From Camelus ferus (lineage: Eukaryota): a DNA stretch of 64,000 nucleotides. Below, in pieces: positions 23,281 to 36,384 of the stretch. Both the position numbers and the translations under genes were made by a program. Position 1 is the first letter of the stretch. Each line of letters opens with the position of its first letter. The notes beneath the pieces are model-generated. The model was not told the origin of the DNA. It saw only the letters and a list, made by a program, of their open reading frames with translations, and did not search any database. The DNA lies in NCBI RefSeq assembly GCF_009834535.1, contig NC_045697.1, forward strand, positions 38,442,001-38,506,000, read 5' to 3'.

Positions 23281-25893
23281 ACATGTTTTCTTAACAGTAG
23301 TAGTTAATACAGTTTCAAAAGCAAGCAGCAAACACATACTCATCTATTCAGGTAGGTACTAAGATTGATGCTGTTTGATGAAGACTCCCAGGAGATGACA
23401 AGATGAAGAAGTCTCTGAATCCCAGTCTGGATTCAGATTCCCTGAGAGTTTACAACTGCTCCTTCTAGGAAGCCAGTGGGCAAAGCCATGAGTGAATATT
23501 GAGAAATGTAGGGCTTCCTACAGCCAGGGCATCTGATATAAAGTGGAGTTGGCTATTGGTCATTCATGTATTTTTCCTCCATGTTGCTTTCCAAACTTTG
23601 CTGATAACACCATGTTCTGGTTTTCTTATATACTTCCATCCACTTTGATTTGGCAGTGATGCTCTGCCCACAGTGTTCACCTGCTTTTCCCTGTCATATC
23701 TCTTTCTGTGCTGATTGTCCATTCTGTGCTCATGTTGGTGAGAGAAAAGCTGCCCACTAGTTCGAGGAGTAACCAGATAAGCTTTCACTCTGGTTATTTC
23801 TTTTGGGGACGGGATTATCCATTACAGTTCTATCTACAAGATTTTTTTTTTTTTATTGAAAGTCTTCTGTTTGCAGCTGCTGTATACAACTTTCTCAAGA
23901 AATTTGCTTTTTGACTGGAATTGTCATTGTTTGTGTACAGCCTAAAGCTTGCAGTGGTGGTGCTTACGGTTTTCACTGTCTGAATGAAGAAAACTGCCTT
24001 TATTACTCTCTCCAAACTCATACTTAGGACACTGGGAAGAAAACACAATTGCATACTTAATGGTTCTCTCCATCTGGCAAAGACTACTTTGTGGTGGTAT
24101 GTGGGGGCTGAGTAGGGAAGCAAAAAAACCGCACAATACATGTTTTCAGGAAATCATCTCTGCAGTGTGAAGATGGAGAAACAGTATGAGGAGTTAGCGT
24201 GAGTTCTCAGTATGTGATCCCTTGTCTTTAAGTCTAGTAAATGAAATCAAAACAAAACAGAAAAAGTTCTCTAAGAGATTGAAGATCATTAAGAAGTGTA
24301 GAAATAGTCATGTTTTCTGACTTGTCTCTGTAGAGATACAAAGATACTAACTGCTATAGTTCCATCTGTATTTGATGAGAGAGGTGCATGGGAGGGGCTA
24401 CTTTTTGTGCATGAGATCAACTCCAAGTGCAGTGGGCTGTAGAATTAGCATTGACAGATAGATTCATATCAAAGCAGGAATAGAGCTATTAATCATGCCC
24501 TCTTTCTATTCCCAGGGTGCCATCTCTGTTTTCAGGTATGGGTAAATTTCACATCCCCAGTATTGCACAAATAGATTCAATCAGTATAGAATTTGGGGGC
24601 GGGGCACTTTTGTCCTCTTGTAAGAGAACAAGAGTTGTTCTTAGATGGAGTCAAATTTTTAGTTTTAGTTAGTGAAATAATAACGTCATAAAACTGCTTT
24701 GCTAGAATAATTTTATGGTTACTGAATTTTCTATGTGTATGAATGTGAGTGTCCACCTGTACATATGAGTTTGTTTTTATGCAATCTTATTTATAAATCG
24801 TTTCTCAAAATAGAATATTTGGTTTTGATTGGTTAGAGAGCCAGTCTCTTTAAAAAGGTAATAAGGAAACAAATATTTCCTCAGAGAATATTTTAGAGTT
24901 TTACTGCACCGAGTAATGTTTCAGTGTAAAAGAAATGAGCCATTTCTGTACCTAGCCTCAGGTTATTGAGTCTTGCAGTATTTTTTGGCCTTCTTCCTTC
25001 AACTGCGATGAATGTGTTAGCATCTGTCCCAGAGCTAAGAATAGCTTAATATAAATTCCATACCACCCACCAACCTTGCAACAAGAGAAGGAATAAATAA
25101 GGACTTTCTCATTCTGAGTTGATTGAAACTTTTGGACCCTGGCAGATCTTATTTTGTCCAGCATCTCTAAATACCTCTGTGCTTTTTCAAGGGTAGAGAC
25201 AGCTAGGCTTCACGATTGAACTTGGAGCTCATAGGACTCATCTCCAGCTGTAGCATCCTGTGGACTTCTTTCTCCAGACTGCAGACTGGAGCTCCCTTCT
25301 CTGAGTGCAGTCTTCTTGCCTTTTAGTGCCCCCATTTCCTCATAGTGCTCCTCTTTCCTTTTTGCCTCCATTCTGAGTTTTTCTCCTTTTTTCACCCCCT
25401 CCTATTTGCTCAGTGCATCAGTCTCCTGCCTACCTTCATGCTCAGCCTGGGGTCCGGGAGCAAATGTGTCAGTACTCATCAGTACTCCCCTCCTGGCACC
25501 CTGGAGACACTGCCCGGAACCCCAGCTGTTACACACCCTGGAGCACTTCCCTCTACCTCCAGCCTTCGTCACTGCTTCTGTTACACATTTATATTGCCGG
25601 TCCTTGACTCAGCTCAGCCATCATTATTTGTCAGGATTAAAAGGTTTCCAATAAAATACTAATTAAAAGTTTCACTGACTTCTTATTTTACTGCCCTTAA
25701 CTCCCTAACACATTCTTCAAAGCACTTATTTCAAACTTCATCTATACACTTCAAATCTGCCTTCAATTTTGGATGACTTTGCCTCTTGCTTTGCTCAGGA
25801 AATTCAGTGTGAACTTGCTTTTCTTCTCTTTTCTTCAAGTATTGCAGTTCCCATAACTGTCTCACTATCTTAGGTTTTCTCTAGATCTCAGTT

Positions 25894-26020
25894 TTTTTTT
25901 TTTTCCAGGAGGGAGGTAGTTAGGTTTTATTATTTATTTTTAGAGGAGGTACCCAGGATCTTGTGCAGGACCTCGTGCATGCTAAGCATGCATTTTACCA
26001 CTTGAGCTATACCCTACCGC
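25894..26020 (-). mobile_element. tRNA-derived SINE (Vic-1-like)
   Basis: Perfect 13-bp TSD ctagatctcagtt at 25881-25893 and 26021-26033. Confidence 0.9.
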
Positions 26021-26874
26021 CTAGATCTCAGTTATTTTAACAGACGTGTTTTGAATGCCTGCCTTGTTGGCATTTGGTAGATGCTGCGTGGTACTAACTC
26101 CCGTTAGAGTGGGTCAGTACACGTCACAAAGTACTCATACACACATTATCTCACTGAATCACTGCTCAAGCGCCTCTTTAGTGTTCTGGAAGAAAAACTT
26201 CTCTTTTTCCAAAGTTGGACTTTGTGTTTGTTCTCTTGACCTTATTCCCTCCCGTATTCTCAGAAACTTAGGTCTTAGATTATCTCCTTTTCCCCACCAA
26301 TTTTTTCCCTACTTACTCTATGAGTATCTTTAGGCCTGACTTACAATGTAAAATTTTTTAAAAAATCAAACTCTCAGGACTTACTTCATCTTTGAGATGC
26401 TGTTCTGTGTTTTTGTCTTCACTCACTCACAGATTTTCCACAAGTATAGCCTTAAATCTCCATCTAAACTTTTAAATTTTCCACACTTCCCTTATCTCAT
26501 GCATTCTGGTTTCTTATTCTCATCTTGAACTGAAACTACTTTGTAAGGATTCACCAATAATTTAAATCACAGCCCCCACAAAATGCAGTGCCCTTTGCCA
26601 TCTGTATCTGGACAGCAGCTGGTCACAGACCAGTCATCTAAAGTGATTCTTCACCCGTGAAGACTACTGAAGTCGTCTGAGGTTTGGCATCGTGGCTGTG
26701 GTTGTCGGGCAGTGGGCGGAGGACATGAGCCAAATGCAGTAGGCTCTCCAGATGACTGCCTCTGGAACCTCTTGACATGAGCCTTGATGATCACACCAGT
26801 GACAAGGGACCATTATTTTCAATGGAGATATAAAATTGAGAGCCTTTAGTAGGGGTAATGTTTAAAGCAATGAG

Positions 26875-26967
26875 CATACCAGAAATTGACACAACACTGT
26901 AAACTGACTATACTTCAATAAAAAAAATTTTAAAAATAAAGATAACATGCAAAAAAAAAAAAAAAAG
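26875..26967 (+). mobile_element. 5'-truncated L1 tail with double poly-A, inserted in an L2 fragment
   Basis: ccagaaattgacacaacactgtaaactgactatacttcaataaaa is an L1 3' end. Perfect 12-bp TSD taaagcaatgag at 26863-26874 and 26968-26979. Confidence 0.88.
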
Positions 26968-28974
26968 TAAAGCAATGAGTGTGGATGAGATCCTCAAGGA
27001 GAAAGTGTCAGAAGAGAATTGCTCCCGTGAACCAAGACCTAGGGCTCTCCTATGTTCAGAGGTTGGGCATTGAGGAGGATTTAGGAAGACTGGCTGGTGA
27101 GCTCTTTCTGGCAGAAATCTGGCAAGGAGCCCTGAATCTTTCTCCCTTTCTGAGTATCAGGAGGAAAAATTATGTGTTGAGTTACAGACCTTCTACCTTG
27201 TGCTCATGTAGCTTTTGTTCTATACTAATCTCAAGATGTCTTCCACCAGGTGACAGTTTATATCAGGAAGAAAGCATGGGGGACCCTTTCTCTTGTTCAA
27301 GAATGAGCTTGTGTAGAAGGCTGCCGGCATACAACTGAAGCAGCAGAAAAGCTGTGTTTCCCGTTCTCCCCTCTCCACTCCAGAAGAGAGAATATACCAG
27401 ATCAAAGGAGGAATTAGAATCAATTAGAGAGTAGACTCTTTGAAATCATCGTAGCAGGTTGAGACTAGAAAAGGCCTTAATTAATGTGTGCACAGCTCAG
27501 CACAGCTCTACATATAATGGGTGAGCAACTTACGTAATTATTATTAGTTAACAGCTATTTTCTAATCCTAAACCGTCACTTTATAGATAAGGAAATTGAG
27601 ACTCAGACGTTCAGGAACCAACAGTGATTCCTTTAAGCTATACAAAAAGAAAGAGAAATCAGTGAAAAGTCATTAGCTTGGCACCCAACACTCTCTGCTT
27701 TCTGGTTCCAACCCCATTTCCATTCAACTCCTCGGCCACCGCTCGCCCGTTCCACCTCTGCTTGGTACCTCCACTCACCCCCTCTCTTTGCTGACAGTGG
27801 CCCCTGTCAATTCCATGCTTCCCCCATGAGTGCTTTGCCTGCCGCCCCTCCCACTTCTCTCTCCTTGTCCAGGTTCTGGCCCATTTTCATGGCTCTGACA
27901 ACACCTGTGAATTCCATCCTGACCTGTCCAGTCACATGATGTTCTTCATTGAAATTCTCTAGCATGATTTCCAGGACAACATCTGAGTGCTGCAGCTATG
28001 GTGGTGATGGTGGTGGTAGGAAGTAAAATGCTATTAGCTTCCAGTCCCCATCCCTCTCCTGCAGACATTTCCTGCCTGTGCTGCAGAGCAGAACCTACTG
28101 GGTAAATATGGGGCGGGGGAAAGCAGTCCAGGGGCTGTGCGATGTGTGTGTTTGTGTGTGTGTGCACCCGCACACACATGCACACGTACCCCCATGGGCA
28201 GGTACCTTTGGGCTCCCAAGGAAGGGAGAAAAACGGTCTCTTTTGCTTAGCAGCTCCCCGGATGAATCCCTTCTAAACAGATATTGTGTATTGTGTCTGG
28301 CATGGCCTGTGTGAAATTTTGCCAGTATTTATCACCTTGCTGTAAAAAGACCTTGTAAGGCTTTGAAGTTGGATCCCTCTCGTAAGAATATCTGAATTAA
28401 AACCGCAAGCGTAATAACCCTATTTGTACTGACAACTTCTAAGAATCAAATAACTTAACTTCTTTTGGTGAGACTTTTATTCTCCTACAGTTTTGTACTA
28501 GGATAAACTTAGGATAACCTTGGAAAAGAGAAAACTGATTCTTTGTGAGAAAGATACTGATGACAGTGATGTGTGCTGGTGCTAACTGGTGTCTTTTCAG
28601 GTAAACAATTTCTTGCTTTAAGGGCTGAGAAATAACAAAGCTTCCCTGGTGACAGTAATAAAGGATCAGTCCTTTTGTATCTACCTTTGCTCTTCTGTCC
28701 AAAATTGTATTTACCTTGTTGATAGAAGACCTAGGTTATTTTTCTCTACCTTAATATGTTGTGATGGTAACATTTCCTGTTAGTGTGGGTTGTATTTATT
28801 TATTTATTTAATTCTTACAAAAGTTTCAAAATTGGATATATGGGTCCAGATAAAGTATGAACTCTGGTTAAGATTCATAGTATAAAAGACATAAATTATG
28901 CATGTCTTTGAACTTCTACACTCATAAATTATTTTATATATGCTTTTCTATCAAGGTACATAATTTTATATTGT

Positions 28975-29910
28975 ACTTTTTTATATAATGAACACTTGTG
29001 TACGAGTTTTTGAGTGGATGTATGTTTTCAGTGTCTTAGGTATGTTCCTAGGAGTGGAATTGCTGGGTCATATGGTAACTCTGTGTTTAATATTTTGAGG
29101 AAATGCCAGACTCTTCCAAAGTGGCTGCACCATTTTACATTCCCTCCAGTAGCGTATGAGGGATCTAGTTTCTCTACATACTTGCCAGCACGTATTATTA
29201 TGAGTGTTTTGGAGAATAACTATCCTGTGGCTCTGAAGTGGTATCTCAGGGTGATTTTGATTTGCATTTCCCTGATGGCTAATGACGTAAAGCTTTTCTT
29301 TTGATGTGCTTATGGCCATTTGTGTATCTTCTTTGGAGAAATGTCTATTGAGATCCTTTGCAATTTTATATTGGGTTGGTTTTTTAAAATTTGTTTTGTA
29401 AGAGTTCTTTATATATTCTAGATACATGATTTGCAAGTATTTTCTTCCATTCTGTGAGTTGTCCTTTCACTTTCTAGATGATGTCTTTGAAACACACAAG
29501 TTTTACATTGTGATATAGTCCAGCTGATCTTTTTATTTTCTTTCGTCATTTGTGCTTTTTGTGTCAAATTTAAGAAACTATTGCCTAATCCATGGTCACG
29601 AAGATCTATGCCTATGTTTTCTTCTAAGAGCTTTATAGTTTTAGCTCTTGCATTTTAGGTCTTTGACCCCTTTTAGTTAATTTTTGTGTATGGTATAGTG
29701 TAGGGCTCCAGTTTTATTCTTTTGCCTGTGGATGTGGTGTTGTCCTGGTAAGAAAAGACTGTCCTTTCCCCACTGAATTGTCTTCACATCCTTGGTGAGA
29801 GTCAGTTATCCATAAATAGGAGGGTTTACTTCTGGGCAGTCGATTCTTTTCCATTGTTCTGTATGTCTGTCCTTATGCCAGTGCCACACTGTTTGATTAA
29901 TATGGCTTTA
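28975..29910 (-). mobile_element. L1 ORF2 3' fragment
   Basis: ORF 29068..29436 contains AKDLNRHFSKEDTQMA and ECKMVQPLWKS (L1 ORF2 C-terminal region). Confidence 0.9.
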
Positions 29911-30556
29911 CTCTTTTTAATACTCACGTTACAAAAGGGGACACTTAATTGTATACAGAGGCATTGTCTCTTATTGGATCAGGTAGTAAAGCCAATGAGA
30001 AAGGCACAGAACAAACACAGGAGCAGTTTACCCTTGAAAATCCTTAAGAAGCTGCAGTGTTGGAGATCAAGCACCATTTTTCATTGGTTCAGCACGGCCG
30101 CTTTTTATCTGGTTGTTTCTTTAGTTGAGCACCAGCTGAAGAATTCAGCTTCCATTCAGGGGCTCTGCGATTTGCAAAATATTGACCTTTAAACACTAGA
30201 ATTTCAGTGCACACAGAAGTTGGGTCCAAGGCAGATTCACATTTCTTTTCCCAGGCCCTCACTGTGCAGACTGGGTAATGGCTGAACTGCTTACAATATT
30301 CATTTCCATTGGTCCTTCCTCCCTCCTCCACTCTCCCTTTGTCTCTGCCTCTTTCTACCTCCCTCTCCTCTTCACTGCACCCCCGCTCCCACCCACTACT
30401 TCCCTTTCCCCTTTTCCTCCTCTCTTTCTTTCAGTTCCCCCCACCCCCCAGCACACTTTGCTGAATTTCTATATCTTCATGTAGCTGTGATACGGGCTGT
30501 TATAACCCCGAATTAAAATGTAAATAAAATGAACCAACCTTTGTCTCTTACAGTTT

Positions 30557-30706
30557 TTTTTAATCTTATTTATTTTTTTGTTGGGGGGAAGTAATTAGGT
30601 TTGTTTGTTTGTTCCTTTATTTTTTCTAATGGAGGTACTGGGGATTGAACCCAGGACCTCATGCATGCTACGCATGCACTCTACCAATGAGCTATACCCT
30701 CCCCCC
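30557..30706 (-). mobile_element. tRNA-derived SINE (Vic-1-like)
   Basis: Well-preserved copy with TSD tctcttacagttt on both sides. Confidence 0.9.
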
Positions 30707-31402
30707 TCTCTCTTACAGTTTAGAGTTGAGCAGTTAAAGTTCACCTTGTGGCAGGCAGTCAGATATTAGGATATTGTAGATACTTCTGAGGGTCTCAGCT
30801 GCCGGTGGCCTGGCAGGTGGAGGTGATGTTTTCGCCAGTGGATGCTGTTAAAGAAATAAACCCTGAGACTTGTATTCACACAATGAGCCGGTAAGGGGTT
30901 GCTTTTCTCCAGTCCCGGACACATAGCCCCTGGCCTGCCTATTGGTGGCTTCTTTCCCAGTCAACAGCCTTGTCCATTTATCTTGATTTCACCCAGATGA
31001 GGATCTTCAGGGCGGGTGGGGCGAGGCAGGAGAATGCACGGTGTGACCTCTCTCAATGCAGCCCTTCTGGACAGCTAGTAAGCAGTTTTCTGTGCTTTAA
31101 CGGATCTCTAGAATTGAGATCTGTCAACATTTAACTATGCTGGCTTCAGATGACCAAACTCTTCAAGATCATTGGCAAGTGAGAGATGGATGAATAAATA
31201 GATAATAAAAAGCAGTTTGCTTAGCTGCCTGATTAAAGAGGATGTCACATAATCATTGTGAAAAATGTATGCAACTCAGAAGAGTGTTAAAACAGTAAAG
31301 ATCATCCTATTAGCCACATTGGGGTCACACATAATTTTAGTTCGGAATTGTTTACCATCGCACGCCCTTTAGCTGAACGTTGATCTGGCTGTTTTTAATG
31401 AG

Positions 31403-32018
31403 CAGCGTGCATTCTCAACAAGGAGGGTGCTGCCTTCAAGGACTCAAAAACTGGTTCTTGGAGGGGCCAAAGTCTTAGATATAACAATGGTTTGTGGCCC
31501 TTCAAAGGGCCACAGCATGTAAACAGATATTTACGTTTCGTGTGTGAGGGGAGTGACGGGGGGGGGGAAATGTCTCAAAAGGCTCCCTGGCGGGTGCTTC
31601 TCCCTCAAATTCATGTGTTGAAGATGTTGACGTCCTAACCCCTCATACCTCAGATGCTGACTGATTTGGAGATAGGGCCTTAAAGAGGTAATTAAGGGTA
31701 AAATGAGGTCATTAGGATGGGCCCTAATCCAACATGACTGGTGTCCTTATAAGAAGAGGAGATTAGTACAAAGTAGAGCAGAGAGGAAAACCATGTGAAG
31801 ACAAAGGGAGGAGATGGCCACCTACGAGCCAAGGAGGGAGGCCTCAGAAGAAATTAACCCAGTTGACACCTTAATCTGGGACTTCCAGCCTCTAGGATGG
31901 GGAGAAAATAAACTTCTCTTGTTTAAGCCACCCAGCCTGATGCTTTGTTATGACAGCCCTAGTGGACTAATGAGGGCAGGGGGCAGTGATAATGGCAAAA
32001 AGGTTGAGAAACACCAGT
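31403..32018. mobile_element. hAT-Charlie-like MITE split by a MaLR LTR
   Basis: Left end cagcgtgcattctcaac and right end aaaaggttgagaaacacca are inverted termini on either side of the LTR. Confidence 0.55.
31595..31972 (+). mobile_element. MLT1B-like MaLR solo LTR
   Basis: gggccctaatccaacatgactggtgtccttataagaagagga...ggacttccagcctc...aataaac...gtttaagccacccag. Confidence 0.9.
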
Positions 32019-33090
32019 GTAGAATAAATTCCTCTGCTTTATGTTCTTTTAACTTCAGTTCTATTTCTTTCCAGTTCTCTATGTTACTAAAAATTACAAC
32101 ATTGTGTTTCAATTTTATTATCTTATTATAAGTACCATTCACCAAGGGATTTACCCATCCCCATCAATATCTAATTTGAACCTCAGAATTGCTTTCTACT
32201 GGTGCTTGGGCATTCAGATTTCTATTTTATAGATGCCCCTGGGCATTTATACATGTCAGTCCGTTGCCTAGAAAGACATTTCCCTACCCACCCTGTGCTA
32301 TCCCTTTTCTCCAGGACCTTGCTCCTCCAGGAGGCTTTTCCTGACCTGCTAACATGCTTCTTAGCACTGTTTCCCCACAATGTTGCTAATCACCCTTACG
32401 GTGTTACCTGTTTATTTTCTGTTTCCTTTACCAGACTGGCAGCCCTGTGAGTGACTGGCAGCTCTCTGTTTCTTATCACTGAATTTCCGGCATCCAACAG
32501 AGTGCCAGGATATTTTGTTGATGGATGTATCAGATTATATAGCTAATAAACTGAACTTAGTTTATTCAGCATCTAAATTCAGATCTTTCTCAACAATACT
32601 GTGCTGCTTCTCTGATAATTCATCAAAATTATTTATCATAGTGGGTGTGGCTTTGTCTCTGTGTACAAAAGAATATTTTGTGGGGTCTGCTCTCTGCATG
32701 TGCTGTAGACCCCTGCCGTACTCTGACAGTGTGGCGTGTATGTATGTGTGCATGCATGTGTGTGTATATAATGGACTCAGCCTTGACTTGTTCCCCAGAG
32801 GATTTCCTGCTGCCTACCACATCAGAAAAGAGTCCTATTAGTTCTTCTGTAATTTCCCAGTAACTTCTTATTGGCGATTGTGATGCAAAAAGGTGCCTTC
32901 TTCCTTCCAGTAGTTGCTAGAGGTGGGTTTTGGACAATGTTTATGATATAACATGAAGTTAACAAGGCTGAATCCAAAGTATATGTACAGCACAGTTATA
33001 ACTGTAATTGTTTCAGTCCTTTTCACATGCGACTTGCAAGTGGTGTGTGAGGTCTTGGGTTATATAAGGTGACTACGAAAGGCCTTTAGA

Positions 33091-33231
33091 GGGGAGGGTA
33101 TAGCTCAGTGGTAGAGTGCCTGCTTGGCATGCACGAGGTCCTGGGTTCAATCTCCAGCGCCTCCATTAAGAAATAGATTAAATAAATAAATAAAACTAAT
33201 TACCTCCCCCTCAAAAAACCACAACAAAACA
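33091..33231 (+). mobile_element. tRNA-derived SINE (Vic-1-like), well preserved
   Basis: ggggagggtatagctcagtggtagagtgcctgcttggcatgcacgaggtcctgggttcaatctcc (A and B boxes intact). TSD gaaaggcct. Confidence 0.92.
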
Positions 33232-35693
33232 GAAAGGCCTCTGCTCTCATGGCACATACAATTTTTTGAAGACTAGTCATGAAAACAGATGAATTCTGCA
33301 GGATTGGTGCTACAGCAGAGATGGGAAGAGGATGCTGCGAGGCCTGACGAGCCCAGCAGATGCTCTGCTGGGAGGTATTTTTGGAAGGCATCATACATGA
33401 ACTGGGTTTGAAAGGAAAATAGGAATTTGCCAGATGAAAAATGGGAAAAAAATACACAAAGGCACCAACCTAGGGGAAGGTCTCGTCTAAAGAGGAATGT
33501 GTACATGGCAGAAAGCTGGAAAGGAATGGCCCCAAGTGAATTGCTGGTGTTCCATGGCTGTGAAATTATCAGTTTTCTTTTTTCTTTTTCAGAATTTCCT
33601 TTAATACTGTAGCTGTGTTGTTTTCATAACTCAAAATAAAATGAAGTAAACACCTGTGATGGTTGTATTAGAGCATTAGAATGAATTACTTTCTTTTTCT
33701 TAAAATTCTTTTATTTCATATTGCCTGTATTTGTACTTAAGTTGACATCCAGATTAAAAAAGCTAGTATTGCCCATTTGACTAAATTGTTATTAGGTTTT
33801 CAGGAGAGGACACAAAACAGGATACCGTTTGGTTCCTTTTTTGATAAACAGACCCCGAGTTTCCTTTTGCCTTGAGTTTTCATTGACTGGCTCTCCCCTT
33901 GGCTGCCAGGCTAGGTCTGGAAGTGTCATCTTTGCTGAGGTACATGGGGAAAAGGTGTCTTTAACCTGGTTGGCAGAGAGAGTTTACCCTGGGTGCAATT
34001 AGTGGAGTGCATTCAGCCAAGGAGGTGCGACAGCAGGGTGGCTGGAAGGGGTCTGGGAGAGACTGGATTATTTTAGTTACAAGGGAAGAATCCACAGATG
34101 GAACTCTCAGAGGCACAGCAGGTCCAGGGAATGGAGCAAAAAGCACTGGGCAGGTGAAGCTGGGCTGTACAGGAAACGAAGTCTGCAGACACTTGGCTGG
34201 TGGTGGAAGGTTCCTTTTATGTGGAGTCCTAGCATGTCTTGCCAGGGCAGGGGAAGCCATTTAAAGGCACCGTGCTGGCCCAGACACCAGGCACTGGAGG
34301 TTTTCCCAAAACAACTTCAGAGCCAGGCTGAATGGACTTCTCAGTGCACTGTGTATACCGAAGGTTTTAGCCAACTCTAAAGGTCTACATGCAGAGATAT
34401 CTCCTTTCTGATTTCATTTGTGGAGGGAAGATTTTAAAAACAGATTTTAAATTACTTCATATTTGAATCATCACACTGTTCTGGATTTTTTTTCCTGCTT
34501 CCGAGGAGGTAGGAATAGACATGGTTTATGGGGTAGGCACTCAAGATTTGGCCTTTTGCCTAATAATTGTTAATTGCATCTGGATCAAAACCAAACTTAT
34601 TTCTTATGCCCCCCAATAACTTTTGCTTTTAATCTTCCCCTTCTTTAAAAATGAAAAAACTCAACTTTAACTGTGCGATAGCAGATTTGTCTTTCCCCCA
34701 AGAAGGTGAGTGTAGGTTTACCATTTGAACGGTTTAATAATTTGAAGGATCAGAACGTGAGCACTAGCAGAGTGACACGAGAAGGGAAATGCCGGCCAGA
34801 ATGAGGGAAACGGCAACTCATAAGGACCATTTTCTAATGCTTCTGAGTTGTGTTACTAGCTGAGTATCAAATATTTTAAATTACCTTTCAGAACAATGTT
34901 ACAAAACATGGTAAAAAAATGAAAGGAATTATTTCAAAATAGTAGCATTTGCTGGAAATGTGATTATGGGTTCTGGCCCATAAAATGCTGTACTTTTTTT
35001 CAGAGATAGTACAATTCTAAACTTGATGTGTGTAAATCATCTTATATTATTTGTAAGCAACCAAGTCCACTGGATCAGATACTAAGTTGCACCAGATCTT
35101 CCCCCGTCTTCAGGGCCTATTGTGGCGTGTCCAGAGATCACATGTCACGTCTGCTTAAGAAGCCCTACATACATTTTCTTTTGTTTTCTCTTTTTTTTTA
35201 ACAGGGCTTTTACAACACACACACATGTTACTACATGGGTGATTAAAGACTTCTTGTTTTGTTTGTCAGATAATCTCTGATTATAAACTAAAGAGTGGTT
35301 CGCACCCTCACGGAACCTCCTTTGAGCTAGAGTAGGGCACAGGCTGTGGTAGATGGTGGTAGCTTGCCAACTCGTTAGTAAGGTCAGTTTTCTAGAAGAT
35401 ATAGTTACAAAATAAAGTCCCCTCTCTCATCAACAGATAGTTTCAGTGGCAAAGTCAAGGTGACAAGACTTAAAATATTTATTACCCCTAAAGGCACCCA
35501 CCCAGCAACCAGGACATCAGACCTTTATTAACAAAGACAAATGATCTGCTAAGAGTAGTGATGCCCTTCTTTCTAAAAACAAAATTCCTAAAAATGTCTT
35601 ATTTCTCAAGCTACATTAGATCTGTAAACTCATTTTCTCTTGTCCCAATTATCTTGTTACCAGAGATCAAATTAAACACCTGCATCACGTCTT

Positions 35694-35895
35694 TTTTTTT
35701 TTTAATGAAGTATAGTCATCTTATGATGTTGTGTCAATTTATGGTGTATAGCATAATGTTTCAGTCCTATAAATGTGTACATATATTTGTTTTCATATTC
35801 TTTTTCATTATAGGTTACTATAAAATAGTAAATGTAGTTCCCTGTGCTATACAGTATAAACTTGTTGTTTATCTATTTTATATATAGTAGTTAGT
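35694..35895 (-). mobile_element. Truncated young L1 tail
   Basis: L1 3' UTR with poly-T. TSD ctgcatcacgtctt (35680-35693) / ctgcatgatgtctt (35896-35909). Confidence 0.85.
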
Positions 35896-36384
35896 CTGCA
35901 TGATGTCTTCTAGTTCAAATTCTTTCATATCAATACCACTTTATACTTAGTGCCATTTTGCCTAAGACCCACCTGGATGGTTTATGGAGAATGTATCACA
36001 TACAGTTTTATTTTTAATGATCTGAGCACCTGCACAGTATGACTGTCAGAAATTCAAAGATCTCCTTGAGGTAGAATGCTCAGGTTAATTACTGATTACT
36101 GATTACTTTTCTGACCAAAGTATTGTTTGTTTCCTGCCTCTATTCATTCAACTGTAGGGAGGTACATACTTAATATTTAAGGTAGTTAATATTTGTGTTT
36201 GATAATGGTGATATCATGAAAAGTTAAATAATATATTAAGTGAAAGCATCAGTATAAGAGATGCAGCAGGACCCAAAGAATCAAATTAATGCTCTGAAGT
36301 TATAAAGGAAAAATATCATTGTAGGCTAGAGTAGTTAAGGAGAGCTTTGGAAAGACTGTAGGGTTTTTGTTCATTCATTCAATA

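Noticed and set aside
30315..30445. Pyrimidine-rich tract as a special element
   Set aside because: Ordinary low-complexity sequence with no adjacent convincing exon.
33091..33165. tRNA gene
   Set aside because: tRNA-like head followed by a SINE tail and TSD, with many diverged copies in the window. It is a SINE.
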